A stretch of 64,000 bases of DNA from Cyanophora paradoxa CCMP329 (lineage: Eukaryota > Plantae > Glaucophyta): the NCBI GenBank assembly GCA_004431415.1, contig QPMI01000075.1, positions 54,642 to 118,641 on the forward strand, read 5' to 3'. Below are positions 43,799 to 55,255 of the stretch, piece by piece. The notes under the pieces were generated by a model. It was given only the letters and a program-made list of their open reading frames with translations, searched no databases and was not told the DNA's origin. Each line of letters begins with the position of its first letter. The first letter of the stretch is position 1. The position numbers and the translations under genes are program-made.

Positions 43799-44257
43799 AT
43801 GGGTGCGCTCCGTATCCCGCCCGCCTGCGGTGGTTTCGCTCCTGCTAGCGTTACAGCACTGGAATCGTGGGATCCTAGCGCCCGGCTCGCGGGTTGCCGG
43901 GAGATATTTTACGATCCGTCGCCGCCGCCGCCGCGCTGACCACGCCACCCCGCTTTTCTCGTCTCGCAGGCAAGAACGCGCAGTTCCTCGCTGACATCCG
44001 CGGCAAGCCCGCTCAGGAGCTCGCCACCATGGCGAACGACCTCAGCAAGCAGCTCACCGAGCTGCGCCTCAAGCGCGACGTTGCGCGGTTCACCGGCAAG
44101 ACCGTGAAGCCCTCCGAGTTGTGCGTCCCGTTTTCCTTCCGCCGCAGGCCTCGCTCGGCCGCAAGCCTCGCTCACCTTGCCTCGTTCGCGCAGCGGCACC
44201 ATCCGCAAGCAGATTGCGCGGATATACACCGTCCTCACCGAGCAGAAGTCCGCATAA
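43799..44257 (+). CDS. rpl29: Ribosomal protein uL29, short bacterial/organellar type (3 exons)
   Basis: MGKNAQFLADIRGKPAQELATMANDLSKQLTELRLKRDVARFTGKTVKPSEFGTIRKQIARIYTVLTEQKSA*; introns 43803-43969 and ~44121-44193. Confidence 0.85.
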
Positions 44258-44610
44258 GTCCTTGCGGCGGCGATGACGGGTCGCATTAGGCGGCCCGCGC
44301 GTCCTCTAGGCAGATTCGTGCCGTAGACACGCAGCCCATGGAGCGCGGCGCATCTCGGCGCACTTTCAGTAGCTGATATTGGTAGTTGCGTGTCAGTTTC
44401 AGTTTTGCAGTCAATCTAAGCGCATTTCCTCTTTCGCCCGTGGTGCTCGATCGGAGGGGCCACGTGCCGCTCGCTCTGGCGGGTTCACAGTGCGACCTGG
44501 GAGGCTGGATCCCGTAATAGCACTGCAGCAGTCGCCTTCGAACTCCTTCTCCATCCCCTATCGCTCCGCCCCGAGCCCGCTCCCTCTACGCAGTGACGGG
44601 TTTCTGCTCT

Positions 44611-46187
44611 TCACGGTTTGGATCCGCCGCTATCTGCGAAGCCATCGTAGACTATGGGGAGCAGCGGGTGCCTGGCGAAGCCGCCAGGCTTCAGGTCCCG
44701 TATCCAGTCGCTGTAGGAGCTCGCGTCCTCCTCCTCGGGCCGCTTCCTGCTGGACTTGGGGAGGAGCTTCGCGCCGTCCGCAAGGAATGTGACGGCGATC
44801 GAGAGGCGGGCCTCCTTCGTCGCGTTCCCCGGCGCGTAGTGCAGCGTCCACCTGGCGAGGCGCGGTTCAGGGGGGTACAGAAGGGGAGGGCGGGGCGGGT
44901 CGGACCCGTGGTGCCAGGTGGCGTCCCCGATGGCGAGGGCGCCGTACGAGAACTCGCGGTACCGGCCCGAGAGGTCGCCCCCCGCCCCGTGCCAAAAATG
45001 CAGGGCGAAGTCCCGGTGCGAGCGGGCCGCGTAGACGAGCTGCGTACCCCCCTCCGAGGGCTTCGGCACCGGCGTCAGGGGGATCCACGCCGTCACGACG
45101 TCGTTCGTGTCGAAGGGGCTGCGCGGGGCGCGCGGGTGGGCGGTTTACATGTAAGGCGCAGGCAGAGGGGGAAGCGGGGCGGAGGGAAGGAGGGGCGGGC
45201 GGGCTCACGCCATCGTGAGGTCGGAGTGCCAGTTGGTGGGGCCGTCCCCCGGCCGCTTCAGGAACATAGAGTCCTGCAGCGGCACTCCAAATTAGTGCAA
45301 AGAAGCGGATGGAGCGCTACATTTGAGGGGGGAAGAAGCGGCGTGCCTGGTAGAGGCGGACGCGGCGGGCGCCCAGGAGCTGCGCGGCGACCGAGGCGAG
45401 GCGGCGGGAGTGCGCCAGCGCCCGGACGGCCCCGTGGCGCCGCCAGAGGTTGAAGCCCTGCAGGAAGGGGACGTGCTCCTGCGGGATCCGCGCGAGGGCC
45501 TGCCTCCAGTTGCCCTCGCGCTCCGCCCGCTCGTACGCCTTCTTCCCCGCCACGACCTGCGCGCCCGTGAGATGCCGTTCCTTCTTCCCTAATCAGGCAT
45601 CGACCCCGCCGTCGCCTCGCTCGGGCGCGCACCAGGATCTTCTGCTTGATCGCGGCGAGCTCCTCGGCCTCGAAGGCGCGCTTCAGGTGCGGCTTCAGGC
45701 TCTCCACGTCGTCGGAGTCGAACAGGCCTCGCGTCAGCGCGTATCCGTTGCGCTCGTACTCCAGGACGTGCGCCGGGTCCAGCAGCAGCTCCTCGTCCAG
45801 CCGCGGGAGCTCCAGATCAAGCTCGACGCCGGTGGACTCGGCGATCGGGGCGGCGGCGGGCGGCTTTTGTCGCGGACGAGAGCTAGAACCGGTCCCGGCA
45901 CCCTCCCGCCGGGACGCAGGGCCGCCGGATGCCCGTACGCGGGATCGATTTCGCGGGGCCGCGCTCGGCCCGCCCGGGGCCTCGCATACGACAAGCGGGG
46001 CGGCAGCTGGGCTGAAAGCGCGCCTGCGGCGCCCGCTGGAGCTGCTGCTGGCCGCAGCGCTGGAGACCGCAGGCCGCCGCGCTCGGACGGGGGCCACTGG
46101 CGCGAGACCTGCGCGCAAGAAGGTCAAATATGCGAAACGACTCGGCGCTGCGAGGGCGAGCGACGCACAAAGGAAGCAGAGCGCCAT
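44611..46187 (-). CDS. Phytanoyl-CoA dioxygenase (PhyH) family 2OG-Fe(II) oxygenase with probable plastid transit peptide
   Basis: YERNGYAL, FLKRPGDGPTNWHSD (HxD), TAWIPL, WTLHYAPGN..RLSI; N-terminus MALCFLCLAPVAPVRARRPAVSSAAASSSS is Ser/Ala/Arg-rich with an early Phe. Confidence 0.88.
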
Positions 46188-46506
46188 GATGTGCGGTACC
46201 CCCCACTCGGCTTGTTCGATGGCAACCGGCTTCGCCTGCGGCGTCGCAACCGTTCCAGCGCAGCGCGTGTCGGCTATCTCGGTCGCCGCCGTCGTCGAGA
46301 CTGGTGCGGATGGCCGGCGCGGTTGATGCGCGCGGCCGATAATTCGATCCGCAGCCCGCGGCCAGGCGCGCTCGAAGTCCGCTCTCCGCACCTCGACTTT
46401 CATCGGTGCCAGTTCGGGGCTCGCCAGGCGCTTCTTCGCCGGCCGCGCCACGTTCGCCGCCGCCGCAACTCCTTCCTGTCCGATCCAGCACCGCCAGTTC
46501 GCCGCA

Positions 46507-47886
46507 ATGGCCTCCAGCGAGAGCGGACCCACGGACGCGTACGCGTGCATCGTCGGCGCCGGCCGCATCGGCCTCGCGCTCGCCGAGATGGACTCGGACA
46601 AGTCCTGCATGATCCGCCGCGGCGAGACGGTGCCTGAGAACATGGAGGGCCCCATCTACGGTGCGACATTCTCCTCATTAGCCTCTCAGCTCGTCTCGTA
46701 AGCGCCCCCGCCGCTCCGGTCGCCCGCAGTGTGCACCCGCAACGACGACCTCGACGCTGGTGCGCCGCGTTAGATGCCGCCGCCCGCGGGCCGCGCCCGA
46801 CTGCCCCGCGCGCCGCAGTCATCCGCGCGACTCCGGAGTCGCGCCGCAAGGACCTCGTGTTCCTCCAGGCTCGCCCGGGCGCCGCCCGCGCCGCGTGCTT
46901 CGCCTCCGCCGCCGGCGCTGACGCCGCGGCGCCCGCAGAACGGCATGCTCGACTCGTACCTCCGCTCGAAGGGCCTCGAGAACAACACCCAGGTCGGGAG
47001 CGGCCCGTGCTGCGGCGGAGTCCGCGCCTTATCCGCGGGGCGCGCGCGCGCAGGCCCTCGTGTACTTCGCCGTGCAGCAGAAGGGCGACGCGCCGACGGA
47101 CGGCGGCCTGACGGTCGCGTGGGGCAAGTGGGCGGAGCACTTCGCGGCGCGCCTTTCCAAGGGCGGAGTCAAGTGCCGCGTCATCAAGGAGAAGGCCGAC
47201 TACGACAAGATCATGGTTCGAGCCCCGGCGGGGCGGTTCCTGGGCACCCGGCCCACCGTACCCCCTTCCAGGTCGAGAAGCTGCTCTGGATCGCCGTGAA
47301 CGGCTGCCTCGGCGGCAAGTACGGCCTCCCCTGCGGTGCGCGCCGGCGTATCCCTACCCCCTATGAAAGCCTCCCGTATCCCCCCGAGCGCCGGCGCAGG
47401 CGTCATCGCGCGGGAGCACCGCGAGGAGCTCGACGAGCTCACGATGGAGCTCGCCGGTGAGGGGGATACGCCGTTCTCACTCCGCGCGCCGTACCCCCCC
47501 CATCTCAAATGACGCCGTACCCCCAGGCGTGGCGGAGGAGGCGCTGAAGCTGAAGCTCGACCCGGGCCTCTGCCAGCGGCTGGGTACGCCCTCCAGCTAG
47601 CCAGCCAGAAGGCTCCGGGCCGCCCCGACGCTCAACCCCCCCCCTCCCCCCTCCCCCCCCTCCCCCCCCCTCCCCCCTTCGCCCGCAGTGGACTACTCGG
47701 GCAGCGTCTCGCACTTCATGTGCTCTGTGAAGGTCCGTACCCCTCCCTCGAGCTCCGCGTCTCTTCCTCCCCCGCTTCTTCCGGTTTTCGCTGCAGGAGT
47801 TCGAGTGGCGGAACGGCTGGTTCGTGAAGCAGGACACGAGCCCGCTGCACATGCAGTATCTCCGCGCCCTTGGCTTCGTGAACTGA
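46507..47886 (+). CDS. Ketopantoate-reductase-like Rossmann protein of the conserved algal/plant family (multi-exon)
   Basis: IVGAGRIG, GPIYVCTRNDDL, DLVFLQNGML, EKLLWI, VKEFEWRNGWF. Confidence 0.8.
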
Positions 47887-48540
47887 GGGCGGGGAGTGGG
47901 CCGGCTCGCCCGGCTCGCTCAGCTCCTCAGCGCCTCGCTCCACTTGTTTCTTTCTTTTCAATTGATCATGAGCTTCAGAGGCTGCAATTATACGGCACTA
48001 GATCTTCCAGGGCGGCCGGGCGGGTTCTAGAGGATCTCCGGCGCCGGCGCTCTTAAGGACTCCGGGAGGTGTCTCATGGTCAGAGTAGCTCAGAGCAGCT
48101 TGTTATAAGAGAGGAGAGGAGCCCGGAGAGCCAGGCGCTGAGCTGCCGCAGTGCAGTTGATTGCGCGACGTCGACCGCATGCACGCAACGTCGCAACCTC
48201 GCTCGTGCGGCCGCACCTCAGAATTTGATTGCAATTGCTAGAATAGCCTCGCAATTGCTGATATATATCGAGATGGCACTTTTGCTGCTTTTATATAGGT
48301 GGGCTCTTGCCAAAGGTCGAGCTCTCGAGCTTGCCCCTTCGCTGTCAATGCATTGTTAACCCTCGGAGGTTCGATGAGTCACGCGTCATGGAGGTTTGGG
48401 TGTTATATTGCGATCAGGTACGCCCCGCACTAACAGGGGGGCTAGCACTAACCGACGCGGGGAGTAACAGCCGACGTACCCCCAGGGGGGCCCTCCCGGC
48501 CTCTGACTAGGCTCAGGCTCTAACTGAATTCTGTACCCCC

Positions 48541-49263
48541 TCACTGGCCGAAGTGCGACGGTCCCCACTCGAGGTCGGGGTCGGGCCTTGGGGGCCTCCG
48601 GCGGGGTACGATGCTCCCGCTTGCCAGCTCCATGTACTCCCCCACGGGGTTGTCTTCGTCTGCAAGGTTCGCGTAGTTGCCCTTTACGAGATCCGCCGCC
48701 GCTTTGCGCCAGCGAACGGCCACGTTGTACGTGTTGTCGATGATGTTCTGCACTGTACCCTCCATGGGTATTAGGGACAGCCTATAGTCGAGGTTTCTCT
48801 TACGCAGGTTCAATTCCCTTTCGTAGTACTCCACTGCGTCTGGGAGGGCCCTGAGCTCCACCGCGTGCTCGCCCGGGTCCGACGAGCTAATGAGCCCGGA
48901 GCGCTGCAGTGCGTTCACAGCCGCCCGCAACACGATTTTGCCTACCCCCCGCATCGAATCCCTCTGCTCGGGCGTCCCGTATTCCCCCTGCGGCCCGTAA
49001 TCGTTGTAGTAGCTTTCTATTTCGACGGTGGCTGGTTTATTGCCGACCTGAGGCTGGACGGAGCCGTACACCCATGCCATAGCGTCATTGTCCGCTGAGC
49101 GGGCTTTCTTGGAAGGGGGCGGCAGCACTTCGATTTTGAACTCCCTGGTCCGTCGGTTGACGAGTGTTTTTAGATTGAGGGGGAGGCGCGTATCCCCGAA
49201 TTTATCAGGAAAGAGGCGGTGTAGCTTAAACCACGCTTCCTGATCACCGTAGGTGTACGACAT
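48541..49263 (-). CDS. Putative GNAT acetyltransferase (intronless)
   Basis: Acetyl-CoA motif A-like MRGVGKIVLRAAV followed by VELRALPDAVEYYER; NLS-like PPSKKAR. Confidence 0.6.
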   Translation of the reverse strand: MSYTYGDQEAWFKLHRLFPDKFGDTRLPLNLKTLVNRRTREFKIEVLPPPSKKARSADNDAMAWVYGSVQPQVGNKPATVEIESYYNDYGPQGEYGTPEQRDSMRGVGKIVLRAAVNALQRSGLISSSDPGEHAVELRALPDAVEYYERELNLRKRNLDYRLSLIPMEGTVQNIIDNTYNVAVRWRKAAADLVKGNYANLADEDNPVGEYMELASGSIVPRRRPPRPDPDLEWGPSHFGQ

Positions 49264-49300
49264 TTGCTCGCGGCTCGCTGAGAATTTATACCTGTACCCC

Positions 49301-50002
49301 CTACTCGCGGTCGGGGTACCTGTCGCCGGGCATCAGCCTCGCGCGCTTGCGCAGCTCCGCCTCCCCGGGTAGCCAGTTCTTCGGGTCGTTGCTCCACTCC
49401 TCCCATTCGCGTATGTCTCGCCTGACGTCACGTGGGGCGGGGGCGTTTATCGGTGGGGCGGGCGGGGCTGGCAGGGCCAGGGGCGGGGGGTTGAGGCCCC
49501 TGTCCCACGAGTACTCGGGGTATCTGTCCCATCCCAGGGGTACCAGATGTGCTGGAATCGGCTCGACGTCGTAGTTGGGATCTCTGGCGTTATGATAGTC
49601 ATAGCTCGTGACGTACTTCGTCACGGCCGAGCGCAGGCGCGAGAGGTCGCGCCTATTTACGTCGTCCCGTTCCGAGTCCCTTGCCTTCGCGTACCACTGG
49701 AGGATTTGCATTCGAATGTGGTCCGGGAGGGTCGAGAGAAAGCTGAGCTTGGAGCCCAGGGCGAACCAAATGCGCTTGAACTCATCGATAATCCTGCCCT
49801 CATTGTGGCTTCGAAGGTAGTGGGCCCCGCCAGCGTTGTAATGGCCGTCCAGCCACCCTTCGTTAGCCAGCCTTAGCACCGCCCACGGGACGCGCGGTCG
49901 ATTCGGTCGCGAGGCCTGCTCAACCACCCAGCGTCTAAGGTCCTTGACCTGATCTATGAACTCCGCGATCACGTCCTTGGGCGCTTCCTCTGCAGCCGAC
50001 AT
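49301..50002 (-). CDS. Hypothetical protein (intronless, ~233 aa)
   Basis: Clean ORF with protein-like composition, ATG 50002, Pro-rich linker, preceded by the element's upstream motif. Confidence 0.65.
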   Translation of the reverse strand: MSAAEEAPKDVIAEFIDQVKDLRRWVVEQASRPNRPRVPWAVLRLANEGWLDGHYNAGGAHYLRSHNEGRIIDEFKRIWFALGSKLSFLSTLPDHIRMQILQWYAKARDSERDDVNRRDLSRLRSAVTKYVTSYDYHNARDPNYDVEPIPAHLVPLGWDRYPEYSWDRGLNPPPLALPAPPAPPINAPAPRDVRRDIREWEEWSNDPKNWLPGEAELRKRARLMPGDRYPDRE

Positions 50003-50054
50003 TTGCAATTGCACACATCAAGAAATTCTAAACGCTACTGCGAAGCTAGGAGCT

Positions 50055-50708
50055 ATGGACTGCGAGACTTGCGAGAACTTGCAACAGGGGAGCGCGGCGT
50101 GGCACGCGGCGCGCCGTGAAAAGCTAACTGCCTCGAACTTTGCGGCTGCGTGCGGCATAAATCCCTGGAAATCCAGGGCCCGCCTCTGGGCGGAGCTAAG
50201 CGGGATAGCGGAGGAAAACAACTTTGACAACCCTGCCCTAACCTATGGGCATGACTATGAGCCCCTCGCGGTCTCTATCTACAAGGCACTGAACGATAAC
50301 GTTGACATTAAACATACTGGACTGCACGAACATAAAGAAATGCCGTTCCTCGCCGGTAGTCCCGACGGACTTATAGGAAATGATAGAATTTTAGAGGTGA
50401 AATGCCCGTACAAGGGCGAACTTTATGATAGAGTTCCTACCTATTATATGCCTCAACTGCAAGGACTTCTGGACATCACGGGCCGCGAGTGGGCCGAACT
50501 TTTTTGCTTCACTCCTCTGCGCGTGCAAACGTGGTACGTCAGGCGCGACGAGAGGTACATCGAGCTCATGAGGAAGTGCTTACAGCTATTTTGGATGCAC
50601 GTAAAGGCGGGGACTCCGCCCGAGCCCTACAGCGATCGAATGAAGTCAGAGAACCTCAGCGAGGAGCAGCTAGCGCTTAGGGAGTTCAAGACGTACGCGC
50701 TGATGTAG
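50055..50708 (+). CDS. YqaJ-like viral recombinase / lambda-exonuclease family nuclease
   Basis: QGSAAWHAARREKLTAS, YGHDYEPLA, FLAGSPDGL, LEVKCP, YYMPQLQGLL. Confidence 0.93.
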   Translation: MDCETCENLQQGSAAWHAARREKLTASNFAAACGINPWKSRARLWAELSGIAEENNFDNPALTYGHDYEPLAVSIYKALNDNVDIKHTGLHEHKEMPFLAGSPDGLIGNDRILEVKCPYKGELYDRVPTYYMPQLQGLLDITGREWAELFCFTPLRVQTWYVRRDERYIELMRKCLQLFWMHVKAGTPPEPYSDRMKSENLSEEQLALREFKTYALM

Positions 50709-51152
50709 CGGCTCAGGCCCAGGCCGGGTAGGCGAGTCTGTAATGAATCAGACCGCGCAGGATTTGGTTGAGCTGCTCGGTGCAGGGGGGCGGGAAGGCG
50801 AGGCCGCGGAGGGCCATAGAGACGTAGCGGAAGGGGTGGGGGAGGCGGCCCCTGTTATCCCACATGGCGTCCACTATGGCGTTGTGGACCATTTGCTCGG
50901 AGAGGGGCCGGAGGGCGGGGCGGGCCTGCGCTCACCGTCTCAGTGTCGTTCAGTGGCCCGGGAAGTCGTCCTCGGGGCTGAGTACCGGCGGCATGTCATC
51001 GTACGGCGAGTTGGCGACGGCCGAGGTTTACGCCTCGCTTCATTCGAATGCAGAAGACCTAGCTATCTTACGCCTGGCACTACTTAGCTAGATGCACGGG
51101 ATAGCGCATCAGGTTGGGCCCTGAGGTACGGCAGCTCAAGGCTGCTTTCCCG

Positions 51153-52140
51153 GGAACCACGTATCATAATACGTTGGCGATCGACCAGGGCGGATCGCCG
51201 TATGCCATTCCGGCCTCGCCCTTGCGAGTTCCGGAACAAGAACTCTCCGGGGTAAGCGCGCTAGGCGCCTGTACCCCGGGGAGGGCCGTTGCGGGTCGAG
51301 ACGGTGTACCCCGCTCGGGGGTACTCCTCTCGGGGCCGTCGCGGGGCCGATCGGGTACCCCGCTCGGGGGTACACTTGATCGGGGCCGCTCTGACGCCGT
51401 ACCCCTCTCCGGGGTACGCGTTCGGCCTCGGGCCGCGCCTTGTGGGGCCGGTTGGGGCGAACAGCGTACCCCGGGGAGGGGTACGCGGTTTCTTCCGGGT
51501 TCGGGGATCCGAAGCCGGGTACCGCCGCCGGAGGCCGCGGGGGTGAGCGTAGCGAACGCAGCACGAATGCAGTACCCCCTACCACGCGCATAGCGTGTCC
51601 GTCGTCCGCAGACGACCATGAGACCAAGGGGTCGTACAACATACGACAACCGAGGCTCATCAAAAACCAACAGGACTCCGAAACATGCGCGAAGTCTCCC
51701 CCCGCGCCGGGGCGGCAGACTCGAAAACCCAGCAAGTTACCGCGGGAAAAACCGCGTAACGGTCATGCGCTGGACCCCGGCTCGGCACCCGCGGGTCCAG
51801 AGGAAAAACAGGGTAAAACCCAGCGGTGAAAACCCGAGATTCTCCACGAAGCCGCGCGACTGTTTCTTGGGGGCGCGCTGGACCCCGGCCCGGCACAAGT
51901 GGGTCCAGCGGACGCGCGTGGAAAACGAATGACGACCGGTACACCGAGTCTGCGCGGTTCGTGCCCGAATCTTCGACGGGACTATTGTAAATTACCACGG
52001 ATCAGCTGTGCACGACCACGTCCGCGCTGGTGGCCGGCACCGAGCGGGAGTAACATCCGGAACCGTGTGCACAGGAGACGACAAGGAACCACGTATTATA
52101 ATACCCTCGGCGAACGCTGGCGCTGGTCGCCGTATGCATT
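51153..52140. promoter_or_regulatory. Hairpin- and repeat-rich non-coding spacer, candidate origin or recombination region
   Basis: Two ~55 bp structured copies (51153, 52085), GTACCCC..GGGGTAC palindromes (51270-51484), and two CTGGACCC/GGGTCCAG stems (51770, 51878). Confidence 0.5.
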
Positions 52141-52523
52141 GCCTTTTTTGCGCGAACTTTTTGCGGCGCCGGGGCTCGCTGGGTGGCGAGGTTCGGCGCC
52201 CCGGAAGGAAAAATCGCGGGGAGGTGGGCGGGAGCGATTTCGCTTCGCCGCTGGTCGCTTCGTGGCCTGGAGCGGCCGCGAGCGAAGCTGGGCGTGAAGG
52301 GAAACCCCGAATCAGCGTACCCCCCGGAGCTCGGCGGCTTCAAGCCCGCCGGCTCGGCCCAACGGCTAGCTCAGCTAGTCCCTTGCGGGACGCTCGCTGC
52401 AGCCTGCTGCTTATCCCGTGCTCGCCTCGCGCCGCTCCGCGGCTAGCGAGTCGCTCAGCTCTTTCGTGCCTGGCGCTCGGCTACGGTCTTCTTTGTTCGC
52501 ATTCCGTCGGCGCAAAACTCGAT

Positions 52524-55255
52524 TTACGCATTGAGAGCGCAAATCCCGACCTGCGACGGCGGCGGCGAGCCCGGGGCGGCCGAGCCCTGCGTGGCGAGGG
52601 CCGCCGAGCGCGCCGAGGCGAGCGAGGCCTGCGAGGGTGCCGGCTCCAGCTCCATGTCGAAGACGCCGCCCTCCACGGCGACGGCGACGGGGACGACGGG
52701 CGGCGAGGCCGGGATCGCGCGGGCCTGCTGCGTGGCGGGGACCTGAGCCGAGAAGTTCTCGAGCCGCCACTCGCGGCAGCCCGGGCACTCACCTGGACGA
52801 GGGGCTCGCGGTTGGCGACGGGCGGCGTCGGCAGGGCCTGCGTGGGGCGTCACTTACAGAAGCCGAAGGCGCCGGCCTTGTGGGGCGGGGCGTCGGGGTC
52901 GCGGGGCGTGCTATAGGCCTCCGAGCCCTCCGATTCAGAGTCACTCACCGGGCTGAGAGGGTGGGGTGAGAAGAGGCCGAGGCGGGCCTTCTTGGCGGGC
53001 AGGAGGTGGGAGCCGTTGAGGGCGCAATCGGCGCGGTGGGCACACCTCTCTCCGTAGGTGGGGCAGAGGGCCGGGGCCGAGGGCGCCGGAGCCAAGGACG
53101 CCGGAGCCGAGGACGCCGGGGGCTGGAGGAGGCGGTGAGAGGGGCCGAGGAGGAGAGGAAGGGGGAAGGGCGCGGGCACCGGCGCCTCGACGTCCCAGTC
53201 CGCCAGCTCGGGGAGGCCGTGCTCGTCGAACGCCAGCGCGGGCCGCCCGCTGAAGCCGAACGGGGCGGGGGGCGAGAGCGCGTTGTCCCCGACGCCCCAG
53301 ACGGCGCTGAACGCCGCATCGTCCCAGCGCGCCTCCGCCTCCGCCTGGCCCTCGTCCCTTGCCTCGTCCACCTCCTTGGCGGAGAGCGACCCGATCTTGA
53401 TGATGGAGGCCTGGATCAGCACAAACTCGCGCTGGAAGAATTGGACGAGCGGGATGGTAACTGCGGGAGAGGGGGTGAGCGGGGAGAGCGCGGGGCGCAG
53501 GCCAAGGGCGGGGGCGCAGGCCAAGGGCGGGGCGGACGCACATTCGATGCCGTAGGCCACCTCCTTGATGTAGCGGCCCCGGCGGCCGATCTCCTTGGCC
53601 AGCATGCTGCACTCCTTGCGCGCCGGGTGGCCGTGGCCCCACTCCATGGCGATCATCGCCTTCGCCAGACGGACGCCCTCGATGTGCCACTCGTCCATCA
53701 GCGCCTCCAGATTGGCGCAGATGCGCATCCAGAAGAAGACGCGCTTGAGCTTGTCGCGGTCGAATTCGGCGTCGCCGCTCTTGCTGCCCCAGTCGCGCAG
53801 GTCCGTCTCCTCCGCCTTCTTCACCTTGTCGTACCAGCACTTGATCTTCTCCGCCTGGCGCTGGAACTCGTCCGCCCGCGCCGTGAGAACGTCCGACTCC
53901 TCCTGCGCTCCGAGGGCCCGGGTCAGGGAGGAGAGGCGGGCTAAGCGGGGCGGCGGCGGACCGTGTGCGAGAGCTCGCCGACGATCACGGAGATGGCCGC
54001 CGAGAGGATCTCACGGGCGCGGGCCGGCCCGTTTGGGTGGCCCTCGCGCAGAACCTCCTCCAGCTTCAGCACGGCCGCCCGCGCGAGATCGCGGTGGCGC
54101 TGGCGGGCCTCGTCGCTCCGGCCCTGATCCACGAGAAGCTGGAGCTGGGGCCGCATGCCGGAGTCGCAGACGCTGGCGTACTTCCGAAGGGCCGCGCAGG
54201 AGAGCACCTTCTGCACGCTGACCAGCCAGTACGCGTAGCCCAGCGGGCTCTCCGCGCTCGGGTTCTCTCCGACCTGCGGACGCGACCTTAGCGCGCGCAG
54301 GGGCAGGGGAAAGGGGAAAGGGCGGGCTCTCGCGCACGTAAATGTCATCGGCGCAGGAGAGGAACATGTGATCAACGACGTCGAAGAAGCCGCCGGACGG
54401 GAGCGTGCCGACGCCGTGGTACGCGCCTTGGATGGTCTCACCGGCGCAGATGCCGGCCTGGACGGTGACGGTGTACTGCGAGGCCGGCGGCCCCTCCTTC
54501 ACGTAGACGAAGTTGAGGTCGTACTTCTTGGCGTACGTCGGGTTGATGCGCTTGGTGACGATGACGTAATCGCACCGAACGCCGAGGCCGGACGGGCTGG
54601 CCTTCTCCTTCTCCGTCACCGACGCCAGGCACTGATCCCGCGCGATCAAGAGCTGCGGCGGCCCGCGCGTGAGCAAGCGCGGGCACGCGAGCGCAGGGAA
54701 GGGCCCTCACCCCGTGGGCGCCGCCGCTGCCGGATTTGAGGTCCGCGAGGAACTCCTTCTGCTCCGGAGTGCCGGAGAAGATCGCGCGCGGATGGAAATC
54801 GCGATGGAGCGCGATGCTGTTGAAGCAGCCCGCCGCCGCATTGTCGGACATCAGCAACAGCGCCACATCGCCGTGCGTGAAGCCGTACTTCGCCTTCACA
54901 TACTCCGGCAGCTCGTGAATGCTGTAAGGCACGATCTGCGCGCGGGGCACGCGAGCCGGGGCATGTGAGCCGGGGCCGAAGCGGTGCGGGCGAAACCGCG
55001 AACCTCGTTGAACTTATTAACCGGCGTGAACTGGCCCTTGGTCTTCAAGCGCTTCGGGTGGCCGTCCGTGTTCTGGATCTTCTTCAGCCCGCCGAACGGC
55101 TCGAAGCGCGGCACGCCGGCCGAGTTGAACACGCTATCGTAGGTCATCGCGTTGAGCGCCTCCTCCGCCGATAGGCTGCCGAGATCGCGGGCTATGCTGT
55201 CCTGCTCGCCGGGCTGCTGCTGCTTCGCGCAGGAGCGGAAGGTCGCCGCCTGCAT
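52524..55255 (-). CDS. Intron-containing element protein with possible 2OG-Fe(II) dioxygenase-like domain (3' end uncertain)
   Basis: Exons join from MQAATFRSC; contains CFNSIALHRD (HxD) and IQGAYHGVG (distal His), then a helical region and a low-complexity tail with PAKKARL. Confidence 0.55.

Noticed and set aside
50743-52446. Track ORFs in the spacer (50743-51087, 51114-51593, 51136-51735 and others) as genes
   Set aside because: Low-complexity translations over repeats, mostly non-ATG starts and no upstream motif; a small gene at 50.7-51.1 kb cannot be excluded.
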